Shown here: positions 6,541 through 15,048 of the stretch, piece after piece
Position numbering within the stretch: the stretch's first letter is position 1
Layout: each line of letters opens with the position of its first letter
Source: a virus
Direction: 5' to 3' (one strand)
IMG/VR virus record: IMGVR_UViG_3300019458_000027
Span: 1 to 25,190 of that record
DNA: 25,190 nt
The notes under the pieces: generated by a model
Database searches by the model: none
Seen by the model: only the letters and a program-made list of their open reading frames with translations
What the model was told of the DNA's origin: nothing
Translations under genes and position numbers: made by a program

Positions 6541-7200
6541 TTAGAAATCCCACCCTACATACCCTACGATGGCGTTGTCCCCATTTCCACCCATGTGTTT
6601 GCCCATACCAACTCCAACACTAAGGTTGTCTATTTTGATTCCCTTATCAAGGTGGATTTGATAGGACACACCCGCTCCGATCAAATCTGGCATCATAGCA
6701 AACACATCTAGATTTATGTTATAAAACTGAGCTACTTTGGCTCCGATTCCTAAACCGCTAGTTCCTAGAAACACTTTTGGTTTTAACATGATACCGTATG
6801 GTTTTAGGCCCGGAACGTCTTTTGCCCTTACCAGTTTTCCGTCAAAAAATAACTGACCTCCCCTAACTTCAATAGTGTGCTTTTTCCCTTCGCCATTGAC
6901 CACATTAGCAATGAAGTTGTCGGAGCGAACATGGACGGGCGAATTTTTCCTACCCTTCCAATAGCCCACTCCAAAGATAATTGCTAGAACGAGGCCAATG
7001 ACAACAAGAGTATGAAAAGATAAAGCTAGAGACTTGGCCCAAGCTACAGGGTCAAGAAGATTGAAGCCCCTTGCGAATTTCTTGAAGTTGAAGGATTCTT
7101 TTTTGGATTTCAGAAGCTCTTCCTTTTTTGATTGAAGCTCCCGAATTTGGGATTCTATGTTCCCCAGGTCGTCCTGCGGGGGCAGGTTTGTTTTGTCCAT
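6541..7200 (-). CDS. Membrane protein: coiled coil, TM helix, C-terminal amphipathic beta-strands ending in Phe
   Basis: GGAGG SD; LVVIGLVLAIIFGVGYW helix; alternating strands to AIVGYVGWDF. Confidence 0.75.
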   Translation of the reverse strand: MDKTNLPPQDDLGNIESQIRELQSKKEELLKSKKESFNFKKFARGFNLLDPVAWAKSLALSFHTLVVIGLVLAIIFGVGYWKGRKNSPVHVRSDNFIANVVNGEGKKHTIEVRGGQLFFDGKLVRAKDVPGLKPYGIMLKPKVFLGTSGLGIGAKVAQFYNINLDVFAMMPDLIGAGVSYQIHLDKGIKIDNLSVGVGMGKHMGGNGDNAIVGYVGWDF

Positions 7201-7402
7201 CTCTTAGATTCCCTCCATTTCTATTATACCCTTGTGGAGCACTCTTCAACCATCTTTGAAACCCTTCTGGAGTACGGGTTTCTCTATCAAATTTCTGTTT
7301 CCATCTACGATATCCTTTAGGGAAATGGACAGACCCCCTATTTTCCTTTTTGGTGAGCCATTTGTCCAACTCCATAGATAATTGGGATTTCTCATTCTTC
7401 AT
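7052..7402 (-). CDS. Basic Trp-containing hypothetical protein
   Basis: ATG abuts the upstream stop, fills the 7200-7402 gap; overlaps the next gene by 149 nt. Confidence 0.5.
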   Translation of the reverse strand: MKNEKSQLSMELDKWLTKKENRGSVHFPKGYRRWKQKFDRETRTPEGFQRWLKSAPQGYNRNGGNLRDGQNKPAPAGRPGEHRIPNSGASIKKGRASEIQKRILQLQEIRKGLQSS

Positions 7403-7987
7403 TTAGGATATATCCGCTCTATTATACAACATGAAAGGAACAGGAAACGTCTGAGTAGGTGCTGTTACAACCGCCGCTGGGACTAGGATATTATTACCGT
7501 CTTCATCAACCACCACTCCATCCTCTACCAGAACTTCCCAATTCAATCCGGAGCTATCTAAGTTCACGTCTCCACCATCAATTTTTTTGATACGATCATT
7601 TCCATTATTATTAACAACAGGATTCTTGGCAACAAATGATGTTTCATTTATTAGATAATCTAGAGTATAACCTATGATGTGATCACCTTCGACTGTTAGC
7701 ATGACCGGCTTCCCCGCAACATATTGATCGTTGAATTGCTGGGTCCACCCCCCATCAGAATCAGTAACATCTTCTGAATAATCGAAAGCCCCCAATGGCT
7801 CTACATCGGGGTTACCCGTTATAGCTCCTTGATCGCCACCAGAATCTATTGGAGCTACATACTTTTTAAATAAATTAACGAAGAAAGAATCTGTCATCTC
7901 TGTGTCTACACTGGAAGATGGAGGGTCCTTTGCCACCGCCCGATTCACCTTTAAGGTTTCTATTTTGAGAAAAACTATCCCGCCCAT
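7403..7987 (-). CDS. Acidic beta-rich hypothetical virion/tail-tip protein
   Basis: Operon position; AAGGA SD favours ATG 7987. Confidence 0.65.
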   Translation of the reverse strand: MGGIVFLKIETLKVNRAVAKDPPSSSVDTEMTDSFFVNLFKKYVAPIDSGGDQGAITGNPDVEPLGAFDYSEDVTDSDGGWTQQFNDQYVAGKPVMLTVEGDHIIGYTLDYLINETSFVAKNPVVNNNGNDRIKKIDGGDVNLDSSGLNWEVLVEDGVVVDEDGNNILVPAAVVTAPTQTFPVPFMLYNRADIS

Positions 7988-7996
7988 TTTCAATCC

Positions 7997-9778
7997 TTAT
8001 GGATCATCTTGGCAAAACGAGAATGATGGTGATAAGGTTTCTATCTCCCCCTTTATTGCCGTCCATGTACAAATGAAATCTTCTGGAGGGGCAACTCCCA
8101 AACTTAACCAGGCATTTTTGAGACTATCTTCTGCCCTAACTTCATATGTTACCGTTACCCATTCGGGGTGCTCCGTTGCGTCTCCATTAACTAATATTGA
8201 GAATTGTGCCTTACCATAGAAGTCCACCTGACTTGGAACATTGGTGTACACATACCAAGTATTAAGAATATCACCATACCCCGTCAATTCCGAACTCCAC
8301 GTTGGGTTATCAAAACTTCCAATAAATGGACCAATCTGTGTTTGTCTCGCTGTCCACCCGCCCCCTGTTAAAATAGGGTCAAATAACCCTCTTGCTTGCC
8401 CAAATCCATCACTATCTCTTATAATGTCGCCACTTCCATCAAATGGACAACTCTGCGCTGGAGGTTTCGCAATACACTGAAACGTTTCATCCACCGTTTT
8501 GGATGGAATAGTCCACTCCATCAAGTAACTCTCTTCGGGCACTATGACGCACACCTGGTTCCCAGGAGGCCCAACTCTCTCTATAGAATTGAAATGCATG
8601 TTCTCTCGGACTTCCATAATAGGATATACAGCAACGCTTACTGCGTATTCCTTCGGACTGGTTACTAGACCTCCTTCAATTTTCGTCGTTTCCAACTTAA
8701 TGGTGGTCTCATTGAAAAAATCCAATTCGGTGCCATTGAAGAATCCCGAAGACAACGCTGACATATTCGGGTATTCACCTGAAATAGTTAGTGATGAATG
8801 AGTGGGATGAGCAGGATTGGGAACTTTGTCTTTAGAGTAAAACTCTTTAATTCCTGTATTGAAGATATTGTGGGGACCTCCCGATACCGAGACAGAACCC
8901 CCCAATTCCAAACTCCATCGTCTGCCAGTGAATAGAAGCCCTCCTACATCGCCCGAAGCGAAACCTGATTGTTGCACAACATTTAGAGTGGACACTACTT
9001 GTGTAATTTTTGTGGTATCGGCTGCCGCTATCTCGGAATGAACGTAGAATATCTTGTCTCGAACCGATTTTACCATTCCGATATTCTCTTTGTCTTTTTG
9101 TGGAACGATGATTCCAGCAAATTCCCATTTTCCCCCACCATTACGAATGGAGACCCTCAAGGTGATTGACTGTCCGCTCTCTGGAATGGCTCCATTGGTT
9201 CCGTTTCCAAATGTAACTTTACCGAGGTCAGAATCATACTCGAAATTTCTACTATCGGGTCCCGAAAGGGATAGATCGACAACTACTGTCCATTTCTCCC
9301 CAGTTAACCCGCCAACAAAGACCGTTGGGGTTCCCAATGTCGGCAACAATATCTGCGATCCTGACACGCTTAATGACTGATTAGGTAATCCATTGCTAAC
9401 ACCCAAGGTCTCAGTATTTACAAAATCATAACGGGAAATATAAGTTTTTCTTATAGGAACATTCGCAAATTCTGGGGACTCTGCTACTCTCGTAGGAGTA
9501 TACTCCTCTAGAAAGAGGGACAGACGATCTGGAAACCTAGAGATACTTCCCGAATTGCTTCTAAAATCGCTGGGCAAGGGGTCAACCATCCCTAAAGTGG
9601 GGAAAGGACCAGGAGGAATTTCATCGGCGTTGGCACACAAATCTGTAGAGGTGAATTGCTCGTAACTCAGGGAACCGAGGCCTATTCCAAATAATCCTGT
9701 CTGAAAAATATGAAATACAGTATTATCGTCTTTATCAATGAAGATAGGATCGGTTATGTTCAATACAACCTGTGGCAT
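7997..9778 (-). CDS. Tail-tip/fibre protein with a baseplate-wedge-like beta module
   Basis: ETLGVSNGLPNQ...W..V...GPDSRNFEYD...GKVTFGNGTNGAIPESG motif; several Cys in C-terminal half. Confidence 0.7.
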   Translation of the reverse strand: MPQVVLNITDPIFIDKDDNTVFHIFQTGLFGIGLGSLSYEQFTSTDLCANADEIPPGPFPTLGMVDPLPSDFRSNSGSISRFPDRLSLFLEEYTPTRVAESPEFANVPIRKTYISRYDFVNTETLGVSNGLPNQSLSVSGSQILLPTLGTPTVFVGGLTGEKWTVVVDLSLSGPDSRNFEYDSDLGKVTFGNGTNGAIPESGQSITLRVSIRNGGGKWEFAGIIVPQKDKENIGMVKSVRDKIFYVHSEIAAADTTKITQVVSTLNVVQQSGFASGDVGGLLFTGRRWSLELGGSVSVSGGPHNIFNTGIKEFYSKDKVPNPAHPTHSSLTISGEYPNMSALSSGFFNGTELDFFNETTIKLETTKIEGGLVTSPKEYAVSVAVYPIMEVRENMHFNSIERVGPPGNQVCVIVPEESYLMEWTIPSKTVDETFQCIAKPPAQSCPFDGSGDIIRDSDGFGQARGLFDPILTGGGWTARQTQIGPFIGSFDNPTWSSELTGYGDILNTWYVYTNVPSQVDFYGKAQFSILVNGDATEHPEWVTVTYEVRAEDSLKNAWLSLGVAPPEDFICTWTAIKGEIETLSPSFSFCQDDP

Positions 9779-9790
9779 TCCTCTAACTCC

Positions 9791-10831
9791 TTATACTTCG
9801 GGGACGGAACAATCGAACGCTTTCCTAAATGACGCCCCGCTAAACTTTTTGGCTTTTATGACGAACGATCCATTTTTCACCAACAAAGCTGGTATTCCCA
9901 AAACTTCAATTTGTCTTCTTAAGTCCTCTAGGTGGATACCAGTTAATACGGTATTTTGTGGGAAACTGGGAGAATCCTTCTCACTCCCGTCCGGTAACTC
10001 GAAAGTGGTAGCAACAGTGCCATCTTTCTTGGTAAACGGAGCACCACGCTCCACATCAGCCCAATCGGCCTTAGTTGGCAGAGAAGAATCAACCTCCCCA
10101 TTGTCATTTAGTTGAAAATACTCACTGAGAGTAAGACCAAGATCGCTTAAAATCTTTTCGGTAGACTGTCTCAGTTCGGTAATCACAGTTTGAGTGCAGA
10201 CCACGTTGTCCGAAAATGGATCACTAAAGTCAGTTATTAAGGAGAATCCCGATACCTCCTCTTGCGCTCTTCTTACATCTTGAATCTCTTTTATCTGTTT
10301 AGCGGTAACAATATCATCACCGAAGAAATCAAGTCCATTCAGTTCTGATCTCGTCCTAATAGGGTCGTCGCTCCATCGTGGAATTGGTCTATTACCAAAT
10401 CCTATATCAGAATCGGTCTCTTCTGTAGTTTGCGCTCCCTGTACTCTAATCTCAATAGGATCATCCGCTATTCTACTGTGGCAACTAGGGCAAGACAATC
10501 CTACAGGTTGCGGAGGAGGAGCCGGTGGAAACGGAAACGGAGATAGGGGAATCCTTGGTGGAATAGGAGTAGGAAGAGACGGAGGCGGGACTGGTATTTT
10601 ATTAGGTCTAGATATTGGCCGACTTATAGGGGTTGGGATAACGATCGGTAACCCAGGTACCGGTGAGGGCCCTGGAATAGGAGGTTTGGGTCCAGGCACA
10701 GGTCCAGGAATCGGGGTAGGGATTGGTATTTGAACGGGTCTTTCTGGTACTGGGGACGGATTGACAGGGATCTTCGGTATCCCTGGTATTGGGCTAATCG
10801 GCGATGGAAGTTGTATAGGGCCACTGGGCAT
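9791..10831 (-). CDS. Tail-associated protein with Pro/Ile-rich N-terminus and three (W/F)SD..I.ELR-type repeats
   Basis: Start reassigned to MPSGP at 10831, just after the upstream stop; composition and repeats visible. Confidence 0.7.
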   Translation of the reverse strand: MPSGPIQLPSPISPIPGIPKIPVNPSPVPERPVQIPIPTPIPGPVPGPKPPIPGPSPVPGLPIVIPTPISRPISRPNKIPVPPPSLPTPIPPRIPLSPFPFPPAPPPQPVGLSCPSCHSRIADDPIEIRVQGAQTTEETDSDIGFGNRPIPRWSDDPIRTRSELNGLDFFGDDIVTAKQIKEIQDVRRAQEEVSGFSLITDFSDPFSDNVVCTQTVITELRQSTEKILSDLGLTLSEYFQLNDNGEVDSSLPTKADWADVERGAPFTKKDGTVATTFELPDGSEKDSPSFPQNTVLTGIHLEDLRRQIEVLGIPALLVKNGSFVIKAKKFSGASFRKAFDCSVPEV

Positions 10832-10832
10832 C

Positions 10833-13061
10833 TTAGTACCATTTCCCGAAAGGACTGTCTGGTCCTTTATCAGGATCACTGGGTACACCAGTTGATGGGG
10901 TTAGTGTATTTTTGTTCCCACTAGTGTCGATGTGGATAATTTCAAAGGTCTGCTCATCCACAACCGTTCTGGTCTGTCTTACTCTATTTTCATCTTGCTC
11001 AGGAACGAAATCCACGGCGGGGTCTCTAACAAATTCAAACAGAGGAGGTTCTTTAGTTAGTTGCAGTTGCACGGTATAACCATTGGTAAATCGATGAGTA
11101 ACCGACGTAACGTCCATTCCGTTGACTGTAGTTCTGAGGTCTAACGTCTCATCTCCTAAAATAGTCATGGTTCCACTTATGGGAGTGAATCCCAATCTGG
11201 CAACTTCATTAGTGGCCCTGGTTGTCATATCCGTCAGAACCGTGCTAATATTGCTAAATCCTGAGGAGGCTGTTGGCCTATAAGATTGATCGGTTATACG
11301 TCTATTGGCGGTTCCAGAGCCACCCCCAACCGTTACTTCAAGAGGAGCTTGATCGAACTCATAACTTACTCTTAGAGGCCCTCTTCTAAAGTTAAATTCT
11401 TTTAGTACCTGAAATTCTAGGGTTCCTGCGAATCCTCCTGGGGCCGGCACTGTAGCGACAATCGTTTCTGCTGTCCAAATTCTCGGAATATTGCTAAGAA
11501 GGATTGTAGCCGAACTGGTTCCGCTATATTTCACTTCGGCAGAAAGACCCTCCCAGTCGGGTTGAAAATGACCAACCTTGACGATAGCCGATCGGAACGC
11601 AGCATCCTGCTTTTCTAGTGGTTCCCCGGTTTGAGTATCAAAGCCCCCAGGCCATAAGCCGTCGGTGAATCCAGCATGGCTAGGAAGAGCGGATCTTAGA
11701 CCGTCATATAGGATTTCGGGGGGGCTATTTAAGTACCCCTCTACGGTAACATTCCCGACGTTTAAACCTCCTACCTGGGTGGATTCTACTAGGTTCCCAT
11801 TGGAATCCCTTCTCAAAATAAGATCGGCCCACGAAGGAACAAAGCTCCGAATATGAACACGAACTGGAGCACTCTTTATAGTAACAGAGCCAATAACGTC
11901 TTGCGTCGAAGTTGTTTTGTTGAAATCGATAATATGCCCTGCTCCAAGTTCTCTCTGAGATTTGCCTCCTGAGCCGATTTGGTAGATTTCTAATCTATTG
12001 GTGGCCTGATTGAAGAAAACTTTAAAGTTTCCTATTTGTCTCAGAACATGCTCAACAGCTTGAAGCTTGTTTTGGTCGGTGATTACTATTTCTCCTGGGA
12101 AAGAGCTAGGCGCACCCGCAGGTATGTACCCTAAGATTTTTCCTAGAATATCATCGGCATTCTTTTTCCCAAGAATCGTGAGGCCTGGGCTGAAAACCCC
12201 GATAAAGAATTGAATATCCTCTCTGGTGTTGAATGAAGTCCCAGACGGTTTATTCTGGCTAACTAAAGTTTTAGTTAGATCGGTTATATCGCTAAGGGCG
12301 TTATAATTAGTCCTAAGGCCAGAATTGGAGATAGAAGACGTAATTCCTCGAATCTTGCCCTTAAATATGCTCCTACTGTTGACCACAACCTCAACAGAAT
12401 CCCCATCCGCTAGGGACGGACTGTCTTCTGGTTTGTGGAATACAGACCTAGAAAAATCCGATCCATAACCTAATCGAACCTCTTCCAAAATGATATCAGA
12501 ATCCTCTGATCCGTTAATCTTCACAAGCCATGTTGGGGACGTGAATTTTGACTGAGTGAGGTCTAGCGTAGGTATGGCTACCGCTGACGGAGAAGGCCCA
12601 CTCTCGACTCCCTCTCCGTTAACTCCTTTAATATGGAAAGTAACGGACACCCCGATTGACAAACCTCCTACGTTATAACTAAGCTCTCCAGGAGCTAGAG
12701 GGATAGAATTAACCTTGACAAATGGACCCCCAGTGCTCTTATAAACATTGTAACCAGGAGCACCTGAGGTAGTCCAGTCTAATTTAATAGAATCCCCAGT
12801 GGCCAGGTCAGTAGCAACCAGGGCCGGAGGAGCAGAAGGAACTGGTTGTAGAATTTCATCAATTTCGGCTTGTTTATCGGAGGCCCCTGGGCTAGAATAC
12901 GTCAGAGTAGATAACAGTTCTATAAATTGCTTGACGACTATCTTAGCATTGATAGCTATATCCCGTGCTGTGAGAACAAGATTGGAATTGCCCCCGATAG
13001 TGGAAGACAAAACCACCTTGATGTGAGAGTTTCCTCCTATTGTAGAATTGTTAGTTGGCAT
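10833..13061 (-). CDS. Tail hub/Tal-like tip protein with N-terminal repeats and a fibronectin type III domain
   Basis: FN3 pattern (P.L.A....SIKLDW....GYNVY...GL..G....F.IKGVN..G.ES..S); hub-like V.V.....IFKG.I and GTMTILGD..LDL...VTSVTHRF..GY motifs. Confidence 0.75.
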   Translation of the reverse strand: MPTNNSTIGGNSHIKVVLSSTIGGNSNLVLTARDIAINAKIVVKQFIELLSTLTYSSPGASDKQAEIDEILQPVPSAPPALVATDLATGDSIKLDWTTSGAPGYNVYKSTGGPFVKVNSIPLAPGELSYNVGGLSIGVSVTFHIKGVNGEGVESGPSPSAVAIPTLDLTQSKFTSPTWLVKINGSEDSDIILEEVRLGYGSDFSRSVFHKPEDSPSLADGDSVEVVVNSRSIFKGKIRGITSSISNSGLRTNYNALSDITDLTKTLVSQNKPSGTSFNTREDIQFFIGVFSPGLTILGKKNADDILGKILGYIPAGAPSSFPGEIVITDQNKLQAVEHVLRQIGNFKVFFNQATNRLEIYQIGSGGKSQRELGAGHIIDFNKTTSTQDVIGSVTIKSAPVRVHIRSFVPSWADLILRRDSNGNLVESTQVGGLNVGNVTVEGYLNSPPEILYDGLRSALPSHAGFTDGLWPGGFDTQTGEPLEKQDAAFRSAIVKVGHFQPDWEGLSAEVKYSGTSSATILLSNIPRIWTAETIVATVPAPGGFAGTLEFQVLKEFNFRRGPLRVSYEFDQAPLEVTVGGGSGTANRRITDQSYRPTASSGFSNISTVLTDMTTRATNEVARLGFTPISGTMTILGDETLDLRTTVNGMDVTSVTHRFTNGYTVQLQLTKEPPLFEFVRDPAVDFVPEQDENRVRQTRTVVDEQTFEIIHIDTSGNKNTLTPSTGVPSDPDKGPDSPFGKWY

Positions 13062-13501
13062 TAGTCCCCACTAATAAAAACTTGATCGTCGTCATGAACT
13101 TGCAAGAGCATTTTGTGATTCTTCCCCAATTCATCGTTATACTGATACCCAAGGAAATAAGCTTTAACCACAGGTTCAGATTCGCTCATTTCCCTGCCAT
13201 CAAACTCCATTTTCTTCTCCATCCTTCTGAAATAGATAAGCCGAACCTTCTTGGTAGAATGGTCCGGCTCTGGATTGTGAACAAAAGAACTTTGTTTTAT
13301 GATATGAACAATACCAGTCTCCAAGTTTAACCTATACATGGTCTTGGTATCAAGATTGCACAAGTTAAATAAAGTGAGATCTTCTTGATGATCCAAAACT
13401 TCTTTGAAAAGATGTTCCCTAGTCTGATCCTCATCATCAAATTGTCTGAGGACCCTTCCATCTTGAAATTGCGCAACCCAAATAACGCTGTATTGTCTCA
13501 T
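13061..13501 (-). CDS. Phage hypothetical protein (WVA.F.DG..L.QF; RLIYFRR; Y.LGYQ), possible fibre assembly factor
   Basis: AGGAGG SD; soluble charged composition unlike neighbouring virion proteins. Confidence 0.7.
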   Translation of the reverse strand: MRQYSVIWVAQFQDGRVLRQFDDEDQTREHLFKEVLDHQEDLTLFNLCNLDTKTMYRLNLETGIVHIIKQSSFVHNPEPDHSTKKVRLIYFRRMEKKMEFDGREMSESEPVVKAYFLGYQYNDELGKNHKMLLQVHDDDQVFISGD

Positions 13502-13528
13502 CCCGAAATTCCCTCCTATTGTATTAGG

Positions 13529-13589
13529 AAAAAGTTACCGACACATTGAATTGCGTCGGTAACCCAATCTTTAGGTATTGGATTACCGA
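13529..13589 (-). terminator. Terminator with overlapping upstream antiterminator hairpin
   Basis: GTTACCGAC...GTCGGTAAC-TTTTT; competing 13-bp stem TCGGTAATCCAAT/ATTGGGTTACCGA. Confidence 0.75.
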
Positions 13590-14099
13590 TTAGGTTTCAT
13601 CCCATTGTAGCGTGTATGTCTGCGTCGGAATAGCTCCAGGTGGAGCGGCAGCTGTGGTAACCAACTGCAACGCAACATACTCCGAAAAATTAGGATCGCC
13701 TGACGTTCCCCCACCTGCACCGGGCGGTAGAGGAAGCAATGCGGTTCCAACCGTGAGGTGCGTCTCCATATCCGATGTTGCTACAGCCGAGGCTGAGGCG
13801 GTCGGAGTGGTGTAACCTGCAATCGTGGTCGTACCCCCATTGATGATCCTAGAGACCGTCAGAGCAGTACCCGCTGACTTGTAGAATTTCGTGTTTGTAA
13901 TAGACGTGAATACTCCCGTCCATCGTCCACGAATCCATTTTTCAAACGATCGGTTTCCAGCGGTTACTGGGTTGCTGGCAGGAATCAGCGTATCACTATG
14001 TGTATCGGCGTTTCCAAAGTCAATCGATCCACCCGTGATGTTGGCCGGAGTTCCTGGCGCAGATCCGTTAGTCTCACTAAATGCGAATGTTGCTGGCAT
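13590..14099 (-). CDS. Thr/Ala/Gly-rich beta-sandwich virion protein (probable multi-copy fibre subunit)
   Basis: AGGAGGTGA SD, downstream terminator, AGNRSFEKW.R...NTKFY motif. Confidence 0.7.
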   Translation of the reverse strand: MPATFAFSETNGSAPGTPANITGGSIDFGNADTHSDTLIPASNPVTAGNRSFEKWIRGRWTGVFTSITNTKFYKSAGTALTVSRIINGGTTTIAGYTTPTASASAVATSDMETHLTVGTALLPLPPGAGGGTSGDPNFSEYVALQLVTTAAAPPGAIPTQTYTLQWDET

Positions 14100-14116
14100 A
14101 TTAACTCACCTCCTGT

Positions 14117-15037
14117 TTATCCTTCGAATAGAAACTTTAATCGAAACTTAACCTTCATCCCATTTGTCGGACTAGCATTATCCAACAAAGATACTTGAAA
14201 GAAGAGTAGTTTTGCATTGTTAGAAGGGATCGGAGCGGCGAATTGGTGCGTCTCCCCTTTCCCTAGAAATGTAAAATCCGTTTCTGCATCATCAGCTATG
14301 GAATAGGTATAGGTTACTAAGACCTCAGAATTGGCTAAAGGTAGAGAGAAACCCAGTGTAATTATCCCAGTAACCGGATCGAAGCTTCCTCCCGGAAAGA
14401 AATCGGATCCATTAGGATCAGAGGCCAGGACTACTTTAGTAACACTAGTGATTCCCGTGTGAAGAACTGTAACATGCGTGGCATCGGTTGAAGTCTCTGA
14501 TTCGTTGCTTTGGGTTATTGTATTAGCTATTACCCCTGTGGATCTAACCGCAAAGTACCTTCTGTTAACTAGTTCTGCCCCATGCAAAAGATCGTTGGGA
14601 GTATAAGAAATCTTTATTTGGTCCCCAAGAGGAGGAACCTTACCCTCTGCTCCACTTCCAAACTGCACAACTCCTGTATCAATGTTAATAGTATACACCT
14701 CTGCGGTAGGGGATTGGCCAGTGAAAGAGAATACTCTTGTCCAGGCGATCCCTGCAACCTCAACAATAATCGGATTATCGGCATCGAGGTCTATAATAGG
14801 GAAGAAAGCGGTAGTAAATGACTGGGAGGACGATCCATCGCTAGTCCCTAGAATTTCATCTTCTATGAGCATTTCCACAACTTGAATAGCCACATTCTTC
14901 GCATCTTTACTCTTGAGAACCCCTCCTTTATCATTCCATAAAGCAATAGGAGAGTCCGGGTGGGTAGTCGTGGTCCCGGCCGTGAGGTCTGCAAAGGCAA
15001 GTGGATTGGATGAAGTTCCTAATTCTACTACTGGCAT
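14117..15037 (-). CDS. Tail-tip/fibre protein with a baseplate-wedge-like module and a second beta module
   Basis: EILGTSDGSSSQSF...WTRV...TGVVQFGSGAEGKVPPLGDQIKISY; second FDPVTGIITL...VLVTYTY. Confidence 0.7.
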   Translation of the reverse strand: MPVVELGTSSNPLAFADLTAGTTTTHPDSPIALWNDKGGVLKSKDAKNVAIQVVEMLIEDEILGTSDGSSSQSFTTAFFPIIDLDADNPIIVEVAGIAWTRVFSFTGQSPTAEVYTINIDTGVVQFGSGAEGKVPPLGDQIKISYTPNDLLHGAELVNRRYFAVRSTGVIANTITQSNESETSTDATHVTVLHTGITSVTKVVLASDPNGSDFFPGGSFDPVTGIITLGFSLPLANSEVLVTYTYSIADDAETDFTFLGKGETHQFAAPIPSNNAKLLFFQVSLLDNASPTNGMKVKFRLKFLFEG

Positions 15038-15048
15038 CTTTTACTCCC

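Noticed and set aside
10500-10831. Collagen-like fibre
   Set aside because: No sustained Gly-X-Y periodicity in the Pro-rich tract
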